From NCBI GenBank assembly GCA_049968255.1, contig JBMFRB010000003.1, positions 96,001 through 160,000 of the forward strand: 64,000 bases of DNA, read 5' to 3'. The notes under the pieces were generated by a model. That model was not told the origin of the DNA, made no database searches, and saw only the letters and a list, made by a program, of their open reading frames with translations. Below, piece after piece: positions 30,244 to 40,069 of this stretch. This stretch comes from Candidatus Sumerlaeaceae bacterium (GTDB taxonomy: Bacteria; Sumerlaeota; Sumerlaeia; Sumerlaeales; Sumerlaeaceae). The stretch's first letter is position 1. The number at the start of each line of letters is the position of its first letter. The position numbers were made by a program, and so were the translations under genes.

Positions 30244-30711
30244 ATGATGCCTTTTGGAGCCCTTATTCTTTTTGTAGTCGTCACTTATGGCGCAGCCGCC
30301 ATTGGTGGCTTTTTTGGTCCGGGCGCATGGTATGCCAGTTTGCCAAAGCCCACATGGACGCCACCCCCGTGGGTTTTTGGTCCGGTCTGGTCTCTTCTCT
30401 ACACTTTAATGGCAATTGCTGCATGGCTTGTGTGGAAACAAACGGGCTGGAGACATCCGGCACTTGCACTCTACGCGGCGCAGCTCGTGCTCAATACGCT
30501 GTGGTCACCCCTGTTTTTCGGGCTTCACCGGCCCGATCTTGCGTTCGTTGATCTCGTGCTTCTTTTGTGTGCCATCATCGCCACATGTGTCGTGTTTTGG
30601 CGCGTGAGCGTGGGGGCAGGTGTGCTGTTGTTGCCCTACATTGCGTGGGTCAGCTTTGCTGGTGTGTTGAATTTCACCATCATGCAGATGTGGCTCGCAC
30701 AGCAGAGGTAA
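30244..30711 (+). CDS. tspO: TspO/MBR tryptophan-rich sensory protein
   Basis: WYASLPKPTWTPPPWVFGPVW, QLVLNTLWSPLFF and LLLPYIAWVSFA. Confidence 0.95.
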   Translation: MMPFGALILFVVVTYGAAAIGGFFGPGAWYASLPKPTWTPPPWVFGPVWSLLYTLMAIAAWLVWKQTGWRHPALALYAAQLVLNTLWSPLFFGLHRPDLAFVDLVLLLCAIIATCVVFWRVSVGAGVLLLPYIAWVSFAGVLNFTIMQMWLAQQR

Positions 30712-30744
30712 ACTCGGGGGCGATTAGGCTGCGACCGGCCGTGC

Positions 30745-31902
30745 CTAGTCTCCGAACATGCCCTTTTTCAAATCCGAAAAATTCTCTTTCAGCTGAGAGA
30801 AAAAACCTTTTTGCGGATTGATCTTTTCGTTGCGCAGCTCAGCGAGCTCTTTGAACAGCTCACGTTCGCGCTCGCTAAGGTTCGTAGGCGTGCGCACGAT
30901 AAGCCTCACGAAAAGATCGCCGCGGACATTGGGGTCGGACGAACGTGGCATCCCCTTGCCCCGGATTCGAATAATGTGATGGGTCTGCGTTCCAGCTGGG
31001 ATGCGAATTTTTTCTTCCTCTCCATCGAGCGTGGGGATCACAATGTCATCGCCAAGCGCTGCCTGCGAAAACGAGATCGGAACCTCGCACACAAGATCAT
31101 CGCCCTCGCGGTGAAAAAATGGATGCTCGCGCACATGAACTTCCACGTAGAGGTCGCCACGTGGCCCACGATGCGGACCAACCTCTCCCTGGCCCGGAAT
31201 GCGCACAAGCGAACCGTTGTCCACACCCGCTGGAATGCGCACCTTGATCGTGGTCCGCTCATTCACCCGTCCGCGGCCGGCGCACGTCGGGCACGGGCTG
31301 TCGATCACGCTGCCTTCTCCTCCACAACGACTACACGTCGTCTGCAGACTAAAAAAACCCCGTTGATACATCAGCACTCCGTGCCCATGACAATCCGGAC
31401 ACACACGCGGCTTGCTTCCTGCCTTTGCGCCGGTGCCATTGCAATCCTCGCACGTCTCCAGCCGCGTGAGCGACAGTTCGACCTCTTTGCCGCGGGCGGC
31501 ATCCTCCAAGTCAATACTCACAGCAACTTTGAGATCGCGTCCCCGCTCGGCTTGCGCTCGGCTTCGTCGGCGCGACGAAGTCTGCGTCCCGAAGAACGAA
31601 TCAAAAATGCTTGAGAAAAGATCGGCAAATTCGTCGGCGTGCGAGAAATCGCTATAGGTGAAACCGCCGCTGCTAAACTTCACCCCTTCATGGCCATAAC
31701 GGTCGTAGCGCGCGCGCTTCTCAGGGTCGCTGAGGACCTCGTACGCTTCGCACGCCTCCTTAAACTTTTCCTCGGCTTCCTTATTGCCTGGATTCTTGTC
31801 CGGGTGAAATTGCTTGGCGACCCGCCGATACGCCTTCTTGATTTCCTCCGCCGAGGCGTCGCGGGAAACACCGAGAATTTCATAATAGTCGCGTTTGGCC
31901 AT
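30745..31902 (-). CDS. dnaJ: Chaperone DnaJ
   Basis: J domain with HPD, G/F-rich region, four CxxCxGxG repeats and C-terminal domain. Confidence 0.98.
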   Translation of the reverse strand: MAKRDYYEILGVSRDASAEEIKKAYRRVAKQFHPDKNPGNKEAEEKFKEACEAYEVLSDPEKRARYDRYGHEGVKFSSGGFTYSDFSHADEFADLFSSIFDSFFGTQTSSRRRSRAQAERGRDLKVAVSIDLEDAARGKEVELSLTRLETCEDCNGTGAKAGSKPRVCPDCHGHGVLMYQRGFFSLQTTCSRCGGEGSVIDSPCPTCAGRGRVNERTTIKVRIPAGVDNGSLVRIPGQGEVGPHRGPRGDLYVEVHVREHPFFHREGDDLVCEVPISFSQAALGDDIVIPTLDGEEEKIRIPAGTQTHHIIRIRGKGMPRSSDPNVRGDLFVRLIVRTPTNLSERERELFKELAELRNEKINPQKGFFSQLKENFSDLKKGMFGD

Positions 31903-31970
31903 CGTGTTCGCTTGCACTCACGTAGGGCAAAACCTTTCGGGCAAGAAGTAGCAAGGCCAGCAGGCTTTAT

Positions 31971-33062
31971 TCAGCGCCCGAGCCCCCCCACAGCGGAGCA
32001 TTTCCGCCGACGCGCACGATAGAGAGCATGCTCGATAAGCTCATCAAGGAGTGCGGGGAAGTCGATGCCGATCGCGGCAGCTTGCTGGGGCAAGAGTGAC
32101 GTAGGTGTCATCCCTGGAATCGTGTTGACCTCAAGGATCACGGGCTCTCCGGCGGGCGTTACGATGAAATCGCTGCGCGACATCCCCTGGCACCCAAGAG
32201 CCTGGTGGGCGCGCCGCGCACACTCGCGGATACGCACAATGACCGGCTCCGGTAAAGGAGGCGGAGTGATTTCTTCACTGCGCGCGGGCAAGTATTTCGC
32301 CTCATAGTCGAAAAAGGTAGATCCTTTGGGGCGAATCTCTGTCGGCGCAAGCGCGATGGTTTGCACTTCGTCGCCCCGCACCAGATCGAGCACGCCGCAC
32401 GATACCTCAGTTCCTTCGACGCGTTCTTCTACCAGCACGCGCCGGTCAGTGGCAAATGCAAGTTCGAGCGCAGCGGCCAAATCCTCTGGCACGCTGATCA
32501 GACTCATTCCCACACTCGATCCGCCACGAACCGGTTTGACAAATGCCGGAAAGCGGACTTGCCCGATCACGTTGTCAAGGCAGGTCTCCTGTGTGACACA
32601 GATGCCGCGCGGCGTGCGCAAACCGGCTCCCCGCAGCACATCCAGGGCAAGTGCCTTGTCGAAGGCCAAAGCGGACGCCAGCACCCCAGATCCTGTGTAG
32701 GCGACTCCTAGCGTGTCGAGAAAACCTTGGATACACCCATCCTCGCCGAACTGACCGTGCAAGATGAGCAGAGCGCAGTGAACGTCTTGGTCCAACAAAT
32801 GAGCGGCAGCCTCTGCGGCATCCACACCCGCAAGCGAGCTATCGTCCGCTGCGGCACACCGCAGGAAGGCATCTGCCCAGGCGCGATCTTCGCCTTCGCG
32901 CAGCTCCCGCTCAGCGATGACCCAGCGGCCGAGCCGCGTAACCACGACCGGGCGCACGCACTTATCTGTGAGCGAGATACGTTGGCATACCACCCGAGCC
33001 GAACTCAGAGATACCTGAAATTCCGTCGATGGGCCCCCGCACAGAAGCCAAATCTTGCGCAA
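31971..33062 (-). CDS. ddl: D-alanine--D-alanine ligase
   Basis: GGPSTE..VS, LHGQFGEDG, KPVRGGSSVG, FFDYEAKY and LEVNTIPGMT. Confidence 0.96.
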   Translation of the reverse strand: MRKIWLLCGGPSTEFQVSLSSARVVCQRISLTDKCVRPVVVTRLGRWVIAERELREGEDRAWADAFLRCAAADDSSLAGVDAAEAAAHLLDQDVHCALLILHGQFGEDGCIQGFLDTLGVAYTGSGVLASALAFDKALALDVLRGAGLRTPRGICVTQETCLDNVIGQVRFPAFVKPVRGGSSVGMSLISVPEDLAAALELAFATDRRVLVEERVEGTEVSCGVLDLVRGDEVQTIALAPTEIRPKGSTFFDYEAKYLPARSEEITPPPLPEPVIVRIRECARRAHQALGCQGMSRSDFIVTPAGEPVILEVNTIPGMTPTSLLPQQAAAIGIDFPALLDELIEHALYRARRRKCSAVGGLGR

Positions 33063-33122
33063 CTGCTATTCCTTTCCGTGAGAGAATTGTGCTCACCATG
33101 ACGCGCGTCGCCCCAGTGATGT

Positions 33123-34094
33123 TCAAGCGTTAGTGCGACGCCGGCGCGCATATTGTTTGGCAAAGTAGGTGAGGATCACATCGGCGCCTGCCCGGCGTAT
33201 CGCAAAAAGCGTTTCTTCCACCACGCGTTGTTCATCGAGCCAACCGTGGTGCGCCGCCGCCTTGATCATTGCATATTCTCCGCTAACTTGATAAGCAGCT
33301 AATGGCAAATCGCATCGGTTACGCAGCTCATGTAACACGTCCAAATAGGGAAGCGCAGGTTTCACCATGAGCATGTCCGCACCTTCAGCAAGGTCCTGCA
33401 GCGATTCGCGAACAGCCTCTCGCGGATTTGCAGGATCTAGCTGATGGCTGCGGCGATCGCCAAAGGCTGGCGTGCTGTAAGCCGCATCGCGAAAAGGCCC
33501 GTAAAATGCTGAGGCAAACTTCGAGCTATAGGAAAGAATCGGCACATCGGAAAACCCTGCCGCATCCAAGGCTTCGCGGATGGCGCTGACGCGGCCATCC
33601 ATCATGTCCGACGGAGCCACTATGTCCGCACCGGCTTCGGCATGCGAAACTGCCACCTTGCAAAGGATTTCGAGCGTCGGATCGTTGAGAATTTTCCCGC
33701 CTTTGACCAGCCCGCAATGGCCATGCGACGTGTATTCGCACAAACACACGTCGGTGAGGACGACCAAGTCCGGCGCGACCCGTTTGACCGTCGCGACAGC
33801 GCGCTGGACAATGCCCATGGGGTCATAGGCGCTTGTGGCGTACTCATCTTTGTGGCTCGGGATGCCAAAGAGAATGACACCGCCGAGGCCTAGCTCCGCT
33901 AACTCATGCGCCTCATCTTCAAGCTCGTCGAGCGAGAGCCGCTCAATGCCAGGCATCGAAGCAATAGGTTGACGTTGGCCGCGACCCTCGACGACAAAGA
34001 GTGGCTGGACAAGCTGCTCGACAGCCAGATGCGTTTCGCGCACGAGTCGGCGCAATGGTTCGCTCATTCGCATTCGCCGCAATCGTTTGATCAT
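33123..34094 (-). CDS. hemB: Porphobilinogen synthase (Zn-dependent type)
   Basis: DVCLCEYTSHGHCG, APSDMMDG, SAFYGPFR, MVKPA and YQVSGEY. Confidence 0.98.
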   Translation of the reverse strand: MIKRLRRMRMSEPLRRLVRETHLAVEQLVQPLFVVEGRGQRQPIASMPGIERLSLDELEDEAHELAELGLGGVILFGIPSHKDEYATSAYDPMGIVQRAVATVKRVAPDLVVLTDVCLCEYTSHGHCGLVKGGKILNDPTLEILCKVAVSHAEAGADIVAPSDMMDGRVSAIREALDAAGFSDVPILSYSSKFASAFYGPFRDAAYSTPAFGDRRSHQLDPANPREAVRESLQDLAEGADMLMVKPALPYLDVLHELRNRCDLPLAAYQVSGEYAMIKAAAHHGWLDEQRVVEETLFAIRRAGADVILTYFAKQYARRRRTNA

Positions 34095-34177
34095 GGCAGA
34101 AATTGTGGCTGAGACGAGAAGGTCATGGCAAGATTCGATCGAACGAAGAGTAAAAAAACAGAAAGCGAAGAGGCCTA

Positions 34178-35152
34178 ATGACGACTTCGCACGACCACGA
34201 ACTCAGTCCAGCCGAGCAGCGTGCCATTTCCCGCGCACACTTCTTTTTCATTCATGGCGACGATGTGGCTAAGATAGAGAATTTTAAAGAAAGCGTTGTG
34301 AGCATTCATCTGCGGCCTGACGAGCGGGAGGAAAATTATAACGAGTACGGCTCACTTGGCTCGCAGGTGAGTCTTCGCTCGGTGCTGGGCGACGTCATTG
34401 CCGAGCTTTCCACGGTTTCGCTTCTTCCCGGAACCAAGCGCGTGGTGGTGCTTTACAGTCCCCAAGAATTCTACGAAGGCCGATCGCGGACGGCGCAGAA
34501 AAAGCGCCGCTCCACCGAAATGGAGGTTGCAACGAGTCCTAGCCATATTTTGGCGCGATTCATTGAGCGAGAGCTCAACTCATTGCCTGCAGTTCTGATC
34601 ATCGTGGCGCCCGATGATTACGAAAAGGGGCGACGCGTCGCGAAGATTGACCCTGTCTATGCGCTTGCGCAAAAGATGGCCGCAGTACGCGTTTTCAATG
34701 AGGTGGGACCGCAATTTGCGTTTTTCGACGCTCTCTTCGCCCGCAATGCAGAGCAGGCCTTGCGCCTATGGCGCGACTGGCTGGAACGCGTGGGCAGCTC
34801 GCCCCGCCCATACTACTCACTGGTGTCACAGCTGCGTTTGCTCATCCAGGCCAAGATGCTCACGATGAGGCTCTACGAGCGTCGAGGGCTGAACCGCGAA
34901 GTCTTTGAATCCACCATGCTACCCCCTGACAGTGATTACAACATTCTCAAGCTTCCCTACGATTGGCAGCGCCAGAAGCTCATGCGTGCCAGCGCGAATT
35001 TCTCACTGACAGAATTGACCACAGCTTACGAAAAGCTTGAAACGTTGGCCAAATATGCCGTCCCGCTGGCCAGCGATCCGAGCGTGCCGGACCGCAATCT
35101 TCTCAGCGAGGTATGGATTCTAGAATTTTGCACCAGAGAAGAAGCGCCGTGA
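34178..35152 (+). CDS. holA: DNA polymerase III delta subunit-like protein (divergent)
   Basis: FFIHGDD..NYNEY..ELSTVSLL..KRVVVL N-domain pattern. C-domain FAFFDAL..ALRL..QLRLL..KL..ASANFS..EL..LLSEVWIL. Confidence 0.6.
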   Translation: MTTSHDHELSPAEQRAISRAHFFFIHGDDVAKIENFKESVVSIHLRPDEREENYNEYGSLGSQVSLRSVLGDVIAELSTVSLLPGTKRVVVLYSPQEFYEGRSRTAQKKRRSTEMEVATSPSHILARFIERELNSLPAVLIIVAPDDYEKGRRVAKIDPVYALAQKMAAVRVFNEVGPQFAFFDALFARNAEQALRLWRDWLERVGSSPRPYYSLVSQLRLLIQAKMLTMRLYERRGLNREVFESTMLPPDSDYNILKLPYDWQRQKLMRASANFSLTELTTAYEKLETLAKYAVPLASDPSVPDRNLLSEVWILEFCTREEAP

Positions 35153-36195
35153 GCAGGTCGACCAAAGTGCAATCCTACCAAGACCATTGGTGGCGAGCCG
35201 CCTACATCGCGGTCGCTTTGTTCGCCGCTGCAGCGGCGCACGCAGTGCCTTCGTCCCGCACAGCGTCGCCCTCGCAGGTTCCCTTGCGCGTGCCGCTTGA
35301 AGCCACTCCAAAACCAGCAGCCATGCCCGCAGGCAAAGCGGTACGCGCGGGCGTGCGAACTCCAGAAGCGAGTGACGAAACACTTAGCCGTTTGCTCCGC
35401 ATGCGCAGTCGCTTGCGCAACCTCGAAGTCGACACACGCTGGCTCAACCGCGAAGAGATTACACAGCATTTTACGGCCACCATGGGACGTGGGCACTTGG
35501 TAGGCCATGGTTACATCAATTGGTCTCGGCCCGAGGAACGCCAGTGGGCCAGCGTGGAGATCATCGGCGCGGACGTTGAGGAGTTTCTGCACGTCGCTGA
35601 TGTGCGCTTCGACGGAAAAATTCGTGCCCAAGTGAGTGGCCAGCTCGACCTCGAGTGGAACGGAATGCGGTTTCGCCAGATGCGGGCCAGTATGCGTGGC
35701 AAAGGAAGACTCGAGCTTTCCAAGGGCAACGTCACGGCGACGCGTCTGCTCGATAACATTGCGCGTTTTTCGGGCATCGATGAGCTTCGTACGCTCGAAT
35801 TCGATCACGGTGGGCTCCAGGGTACTATTAAGGACGGGCGCGTGGAGGTCGAGGAGTTTCGCCTCGAAGGTCGCGATTTTCGTCTGCGAGGAAAAGGAAC
35901 CGTCACGCTAGAAACCGGCGCACTCGATGCCCGTTTTGAAATTGCAGTGAAGCCTGCGCTGGCGAAGCGCTCACGCGTTGCGCAGGTGAGGGCCGCCGGT
36001 GAGGCCTTAGCAAAACTATTTGGCGGCGAGAATCAATTCGTGAACGTGCCTCTTCCTGTGAGTTTCGGTGGCACGCTCGAACGTCCCATCCCGTATCTCG
36101 AGGTGCCTGCCCAGGGAGCATTGCGTGTGGGGTGGCAAATTCTCGAAGGGGCTTTGACAACGTCGCCCAGAGAGCGGCGTAGCCACTCGCGATGA
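35149..36195 (+). CDS. AsmA-like C-terminal domain protein
   Basis: N-terminal signal/anchor, repeated beta-groove pattern (GKGRLELSKG, LRGKGTVTL, VSFGGTLERP). GTGA overlap with the upstream gene. Confidence 0.65.
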   Translation: MSRSTKVQSYQDHWWRAAYIAVALFAAAAAHAVPSSRTASPSQVPLRVPLEATPKPAAMPAGKAVRAGVRTPEASDETLSRLLRMRSRLRNLEVDTRWLNREEITQHFTATMGRGHLVGHGYINWSRPEERQWASVEIIGADVEEFLHVADVRFDGKIRAQVSGQLDLEWNGMRFRQMRASMRGKGRLELSKGNVTATRLLDNIARFSGIDELRTLEFDHGGLQGTIKDGRVEVEEFRLEGRDFRLRGKGTVTLETGALDARFEIAVKPALAKRSRVAQVRAAGEALAKLFGGENQFVNVPLPVSFGGTLERPIPYLEVPAQGALRVGWQILEGALTTSPRERRSHSR

Positions 36196-36201
36196 GATCG
36201 G

Positions 36202-36876
36202 CTAGCGACGTGGACGCGATGGGTTCAGGCGCTGTGACTTGGGAGTCGGTGGCTGGGTCGCTTCGTGGTAGAAATCACTCAGTAATGGCCTCGGGCTAAA
36301 GGCAGAAGTGCGCGGAAGAGCAGAAAAATAGCGCTCGGCGACACGCCATGAGCGGCTGCGCGCTTGCTTTGGGAGCTCGGGCTGCGCTGTGTTTTCCTGC
36401 GCCAAGTGTTCCGTCTGCACAGAAAAAGAATACGGCTGGCATTCACCGAGAATTCGGTGCGCGAGACGTTCGATCGAGGCGGCTGAGAGCGATCCCACCT
36501 GTCGTTCGTGGCAGGAAGCAAAATTATCAGTGGGGAGGTAGACGAGCAGCGTTGGCGTGTACTGGATGCCGTAGCGAACGGCCAGATCGCGGTGCTCGTT
36601 GAACTCAAGCATCACTTTGACGAAAGGTTCGAGGGCGCGTTGCGCTCGTGGATCGGCGAGGCTGCGCTCCATGCGAGCACAGTCGGGACAACCTTCGAGG
36701 ACGAAAAGAATAAGCAATGGCCGCCCCTCGCTGCGGGCGCGAGCTTTGGCCGCAGGAAGATTTGTTTGCCAACCAGCGGGTTGCCCGGTGCTGGGTAGCG
36801 TGATCCACAGGAGGCAAAGCGCAAGCGCAATACGCCGTGCTGCAAGGCCGAGGAACTTGGAGCCGTCATGAGTCAC
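36202..36876 (-). CDS. Secreted thioredoxin-family protein (CPDC)
   Basis: Signal peptide, EGRPLLILF..CPDC..YGIQYTPT. Resembles the N-domain of 7017..8834. Confidence 0.75.
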   Translation of the reverse strand: MTHDGSKFLGLAARRIALALCLLWITLPSTGQPAGWQTNLPAAKARARSEGRPLLILFVLEGCPDCARMERSLADPRAQRALEPFVKVMLEFNEHRDLAVRYGIQYTPTLLVYLPTDNFASCHERQVGSLSAASIERLAHRILGECQPYSFSVQTEHLAQENTAQPELPKQARSRSWRVAERYFSALPRTSAFSPRPLLSDFYHEATQPPTPKSQRLNPSRPRR

Positions 36877-37378
36877 GATTTTTTAATACCCAAGCGGACG
36901 AAGAAAGAATCAATCGCCGAAACGACTGGAACCCACACGTACGGCGTGTTGAGGAGTCAGCGAAAAAGAAAGTGACGAAAGTAGGCAGCCGGAATAGCGA
37001 TTGCCCGAAGGATTTTCTCGCCCGAAAAAGCTCAGAGCAGAGTTTCGCGCTCTGCTGCAAGTAGAGCCACGCCATGGCCATCGGCTTCGTAGCAGCTTGC
37101 AAGCGATAGCCCGTTCGTTGAGGACAATGGCAGCTGCGGTACGGGATGTGGTAAATCGAGCTTCGTGGTATGCAGCAAGCCAACTACGGCTGAAAGTCCT
37201 GGTCGGGGTGGGCCATCGCGCATCGCCCGCCTTGTGGCAGCATTGTTTTTTGTTTGCCCCTGACAAGAGCAGTGTCGCCGGTATATTTATCGTGTCCCAC
37301 AGAATTTGCTTGCTGTCAGAGTCTTGCCTATGACGGTATAAAAAAAGAGGTCAACTCACAGGCGGTCGGGAAAAGCGC

Positions 37379-38770
37379 ATGCGTTTTGGAAAACGTGAAC
37401 AAATCGTAGTTCTCTTTATTGGCACAGCGCTGCTCATTTTTCTTGTACACTTGCTGATCTTTCAGCCGCGTGCCACGGAGTACGCCCGCGTAAAGAAAGA
37501 GTTCGAAGACGGCGTAGCGACATTGCGCGACACTGAGCAGCCGCAGTCGCCCAAGCAGGTCGAGGATTTCAATGCCAAGACCGCCAAGTATGAACAAGAG
37601 GTCACGAGCCTGGTCACGCAACTGCGGCTTACGATCCCAAAGCACTATGCACGACTGGGAACCGAGTCGGTGCAGTTGCGCATGAAAGATACACTTGATG
37701 CGATGCGCGAGCTTGTCGAAATGCGCAAGCGATTGAAAACTCCACAGCTGACGTTTCTCGATGACCGCAAAGACCCCTATGGTGTTCAACAAGGATGGAA
37801 CATCCCCGCAGAGCTCTCGGAACGGACCCTGGGCGTGCGCGGCGCCTTGTGGGATATCGTGTCGCAGCTCATTCAGCGCTGGGATACGATGAGCCTAGTG
37901 AAAAGTCCGCTCGATAAACTCCGCCATCGTTTCTACTATAATCAGCAACTCCCCCTAATTGGGCTGCCGCCCCAAGAGGTGTGCGATTGGGTGGCTGGTG
38001 TGCCTGGTCTGGGCTGGGTGTTTTTCAATGACCGCGACCTCAAAAACCAGCTAAAATCGGCTCTCGGGTTCACGCAAGGACAGGTGGATGTTCGACCCAA
38101 TCCGTACAGCATCAATAGGTTTGGCCCGCTGCTGCCCGTGTTCAAGCGGCTGTGGGTTGCGGAACTCGTGTGGGCCAAGCGTGATCCCAATACGCAGATC
38201 ACGAAAGAACAACTTTTTGAAGCGCTCGAAGTCTACCCGAAATACTACCCCACCGATCACGGGATTGTGGTGGCAAACAAGGAGCTGCAAGCGCTGGTCG
38301 ATATTGTGAAGCTTGCGGAAAAGCACCAGATTCTGGAAATCTCGCGCGTCACTTGTTTGAAATTCACTCCAGTGGAGAAAGCCGTCCGACGCGTCCCTGG
38401 GGCGACCCCAACGCCTGCTGCCTCGCCAACGCCGGCCGCACAGGCAGCTCAACCTGGCATCATCGGTTTTGACGCGGCTCTGGCCGAACCGGGGATGATG
38501 GGAATGGTCGGACGCCCCGGCGGCATGATGCCAGGCATGGCGCCTGCGGTAGCGACACCAAAAGAAGACACAGCTGTGGGAACCGGAGCCGGCCTCGAAC
38601 TGGAAATGCGAGCTTACAATGCCAACCTGGTGAAGTTTCTCTTCGAGTTGACCCACGGCCCGCGGACCTATGCGGTGGACGACCTTTACATCTATTCAGA
38701 CCCCAAAGGCGAGCTACGAACCTCGATGACCGTCGAGCTCGTGACCGATCTCAAAGCTCTTAAGGATTAG
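37379..38770 (+). CDS. Bitopic membrane protein, PilO/GspM-like termini with a large insertion
   Basis: REQ + TM + QP + coiled coil at the N-terminus. C-terminal LELEMRA..NLVKFLFEL..YAVDDLYI..LRTSMTV pattern. Confidence 0.55.
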   Translation: MRFGKREQIVVLFIGTALLIFLVHLLIFQPRATEYARVKKEFEDGVATLRDTEQPQSPKQVEDFNAKTAKYEQEVTSLVTQLRLTIPKHYARLGTESVQLRMKDTLDAMRELVEMRKRLKTPQLTFLDDRKDPYGVQQGWNIPAELSERTLGVRGALWDIVSQLIQRWDTMSLVKSPLDKLRHRFYYNQQLPLIGLPPQEVCDWVAGVPGLGWVFFNDRDLKNQLKSALGFTQGQVDVRPNPYSINRFGPLLPVFKRLWVAELVWAKRDPNTQITKEQLFEALEVYPKYYPTDHGIVVANKELQALVDIVKLAEKHQILEISRVTCLKFTPVEKAVRRVPGATPTPAASPTPAAQAAQPGIIGFDAALAEPGMMGMVGRPGGMMPGMAPAVATPKEDTAVGTGAGLELEMRAYNANLVKFLFELTHGPRTYAVDDLYIYSDPKGELRTSMTVELVTDLKALKD

Positions 38771-38785
38771 GAGAAACCAACGCTC

Positions 38786-38968
38786 ATGCTTTCTAAGGAA
38801 CTGCTGGCCATTCTTGCGTGTCCGAAGTGTAAAGGCGAACTCGAGTATCGCCCAGGCGGTAACGGTCAGCCGGAGGTTTTGGTCTGTTACGCCTGTAAGC
38901 TTGTTTATGAAGTCATTGACGGCATCCCGAATATGCTGATTGAGGAAGCCAAGCCGCTGGAGACTTAG
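38786..38968 (+). CDS. Trm112/YcaR-family protein
   Basis: LLAILACPKCKGEL..LVC..C..YEVIDGIPNMLIEEA. Confidence 0.93.
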   Translation: MLSKELLAILACPKCKGELEYRPGGNGQPEVLVCYACKLVYEVIDGIPNMLIEEAKPLET

Positions 38969-38980
38969 GAGTAACCGCCT

Positions 38981-39877
38981 GTGTCGAACATGGAATTAGA
39001 AATCTATCAACTCAGGTCTGATGTTTACATTCTTCTGCGCGGGCGCATCGTCTTGGAGGAATGCGAGCGACTCAAGAGCGCCTGCCTACCGCTCATTCGC
39101 AAAGGCATCGACCAGGTCTATCTTGATCTCTCGAAAGTCGAATATATTGACAGCGCCGGACTTGGCGTGCTCGTTGGGTTCAAGATGACAGCCAGCAAAA
39201 ACCGCGCACGCATCGTGCTTATTCAGCCGTCGCGGCCGGTGGCAGATATTCTTTACATCTCGAAGCTCGATGGTATCTTCGACATCTTGACGGGCGCGGA
39301 AGCCGATTTGCTCAAGGCCCAAATGATCCAGACGGCCAATCGAATTGGAGTGCCTGTGGCAGAGAAGTTCGCCAGCGCATCAGCAACGGAGACTCCTTCC
39401 GGCTCCACACCCGCTGTTCCTCGCATGGGAGTCGGAATCAGTCCTCGACCCGAGCCGCCTGTGCCGCCGCGAGGCGAGTGGGGGCCAAAAGCTGCGGAGG
39501 CTGAGCGCGAGCCGATGAGGCCGTTTGCGGCTTCTGTACGTTCAGAGGCTGAACCAGAAGCATTCGCCTCCATGGACTCGGCTGTCCGCACGCAGAAGGA
39601 AATGATTGAGGAGCACTGCCGCAAAGCCGTCGAGTATATGAAGGTTGGCAACTATGACATGGCCGTGCTCGAATACGAAAAGGCGCTGCGCATCGACCCC
39701 GAATATCTGCCGGCACTCAACAATCTGGCGATTGTTTACGAAAAGCAGCCGTCTTGGATTCCGAAAGCCATCGAGCAATGGGAAATTGTGCTGCGGGTGA
39801 GTCAGCAGCGCGGAGATCAAAAGCATATGGACCGCGCCAGGCGTCACTTGGCCAACCTCCGCCAGCTCCACGGCTGA
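38981..39877 (+). CDS. Anti-sigma-factor antagonist (STAS) fused to a C-terminal TPR domain
   Basis: LDLSKVEYIDSAGLGVLV STAS motif, Pro/Ala linker, TPR YEKALRIDPEYLPALNNLAIVY. Confidence 0.85.
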   Translation: MSNMELEIYQLRSDVYILLRGRIVLEECERLKSACLPLIRKGIDQVYLDLSKVEYIDSAGLGVLVGFKMTASKNRARIVLIQPSRPVADILYISKLDGIFDILTGAEADLLKAQMIQTANRIGVPVAEKFASASATETPSGSTPAVPRMGVGISPRPEPPVPPRGEWGPKAAEAEREPMRPFAASVRSEAEPEAFASMDSAVRTQKEMIEEHCRKAVEYMKVGNYDMAVLEYEKALRIDPEYLPALNNLAIVYEKQPSWIPKAIEQWEIVLRVSQQRGDQKHMDRARRHLANLRQLHG

Positions 39878-40069
39878 GAGCCCGGCATTCCCTGAGATGG
39901 GCGGGAACGCGGGCTCCGCTGCCGCACAACAATGATCGCTGCTCGCAGTCGGTCAGCTTCGGGCAAAGGCGCCTCACCTTGTCCCAAGAATTTTGAACAT
40001 CACAGCTTGTAAATCACGCGCAAAGCGGGGCGCGCCACACACACAGATCACGTAACGGAAGAAGCCCTC

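Noticed and set aside
31903-31970. CIRCE element upstream of dnaJ
   Set aside because: Only one degenerate half-site (GAGTGCAA); no inverted repeat at 9-nt spacing.
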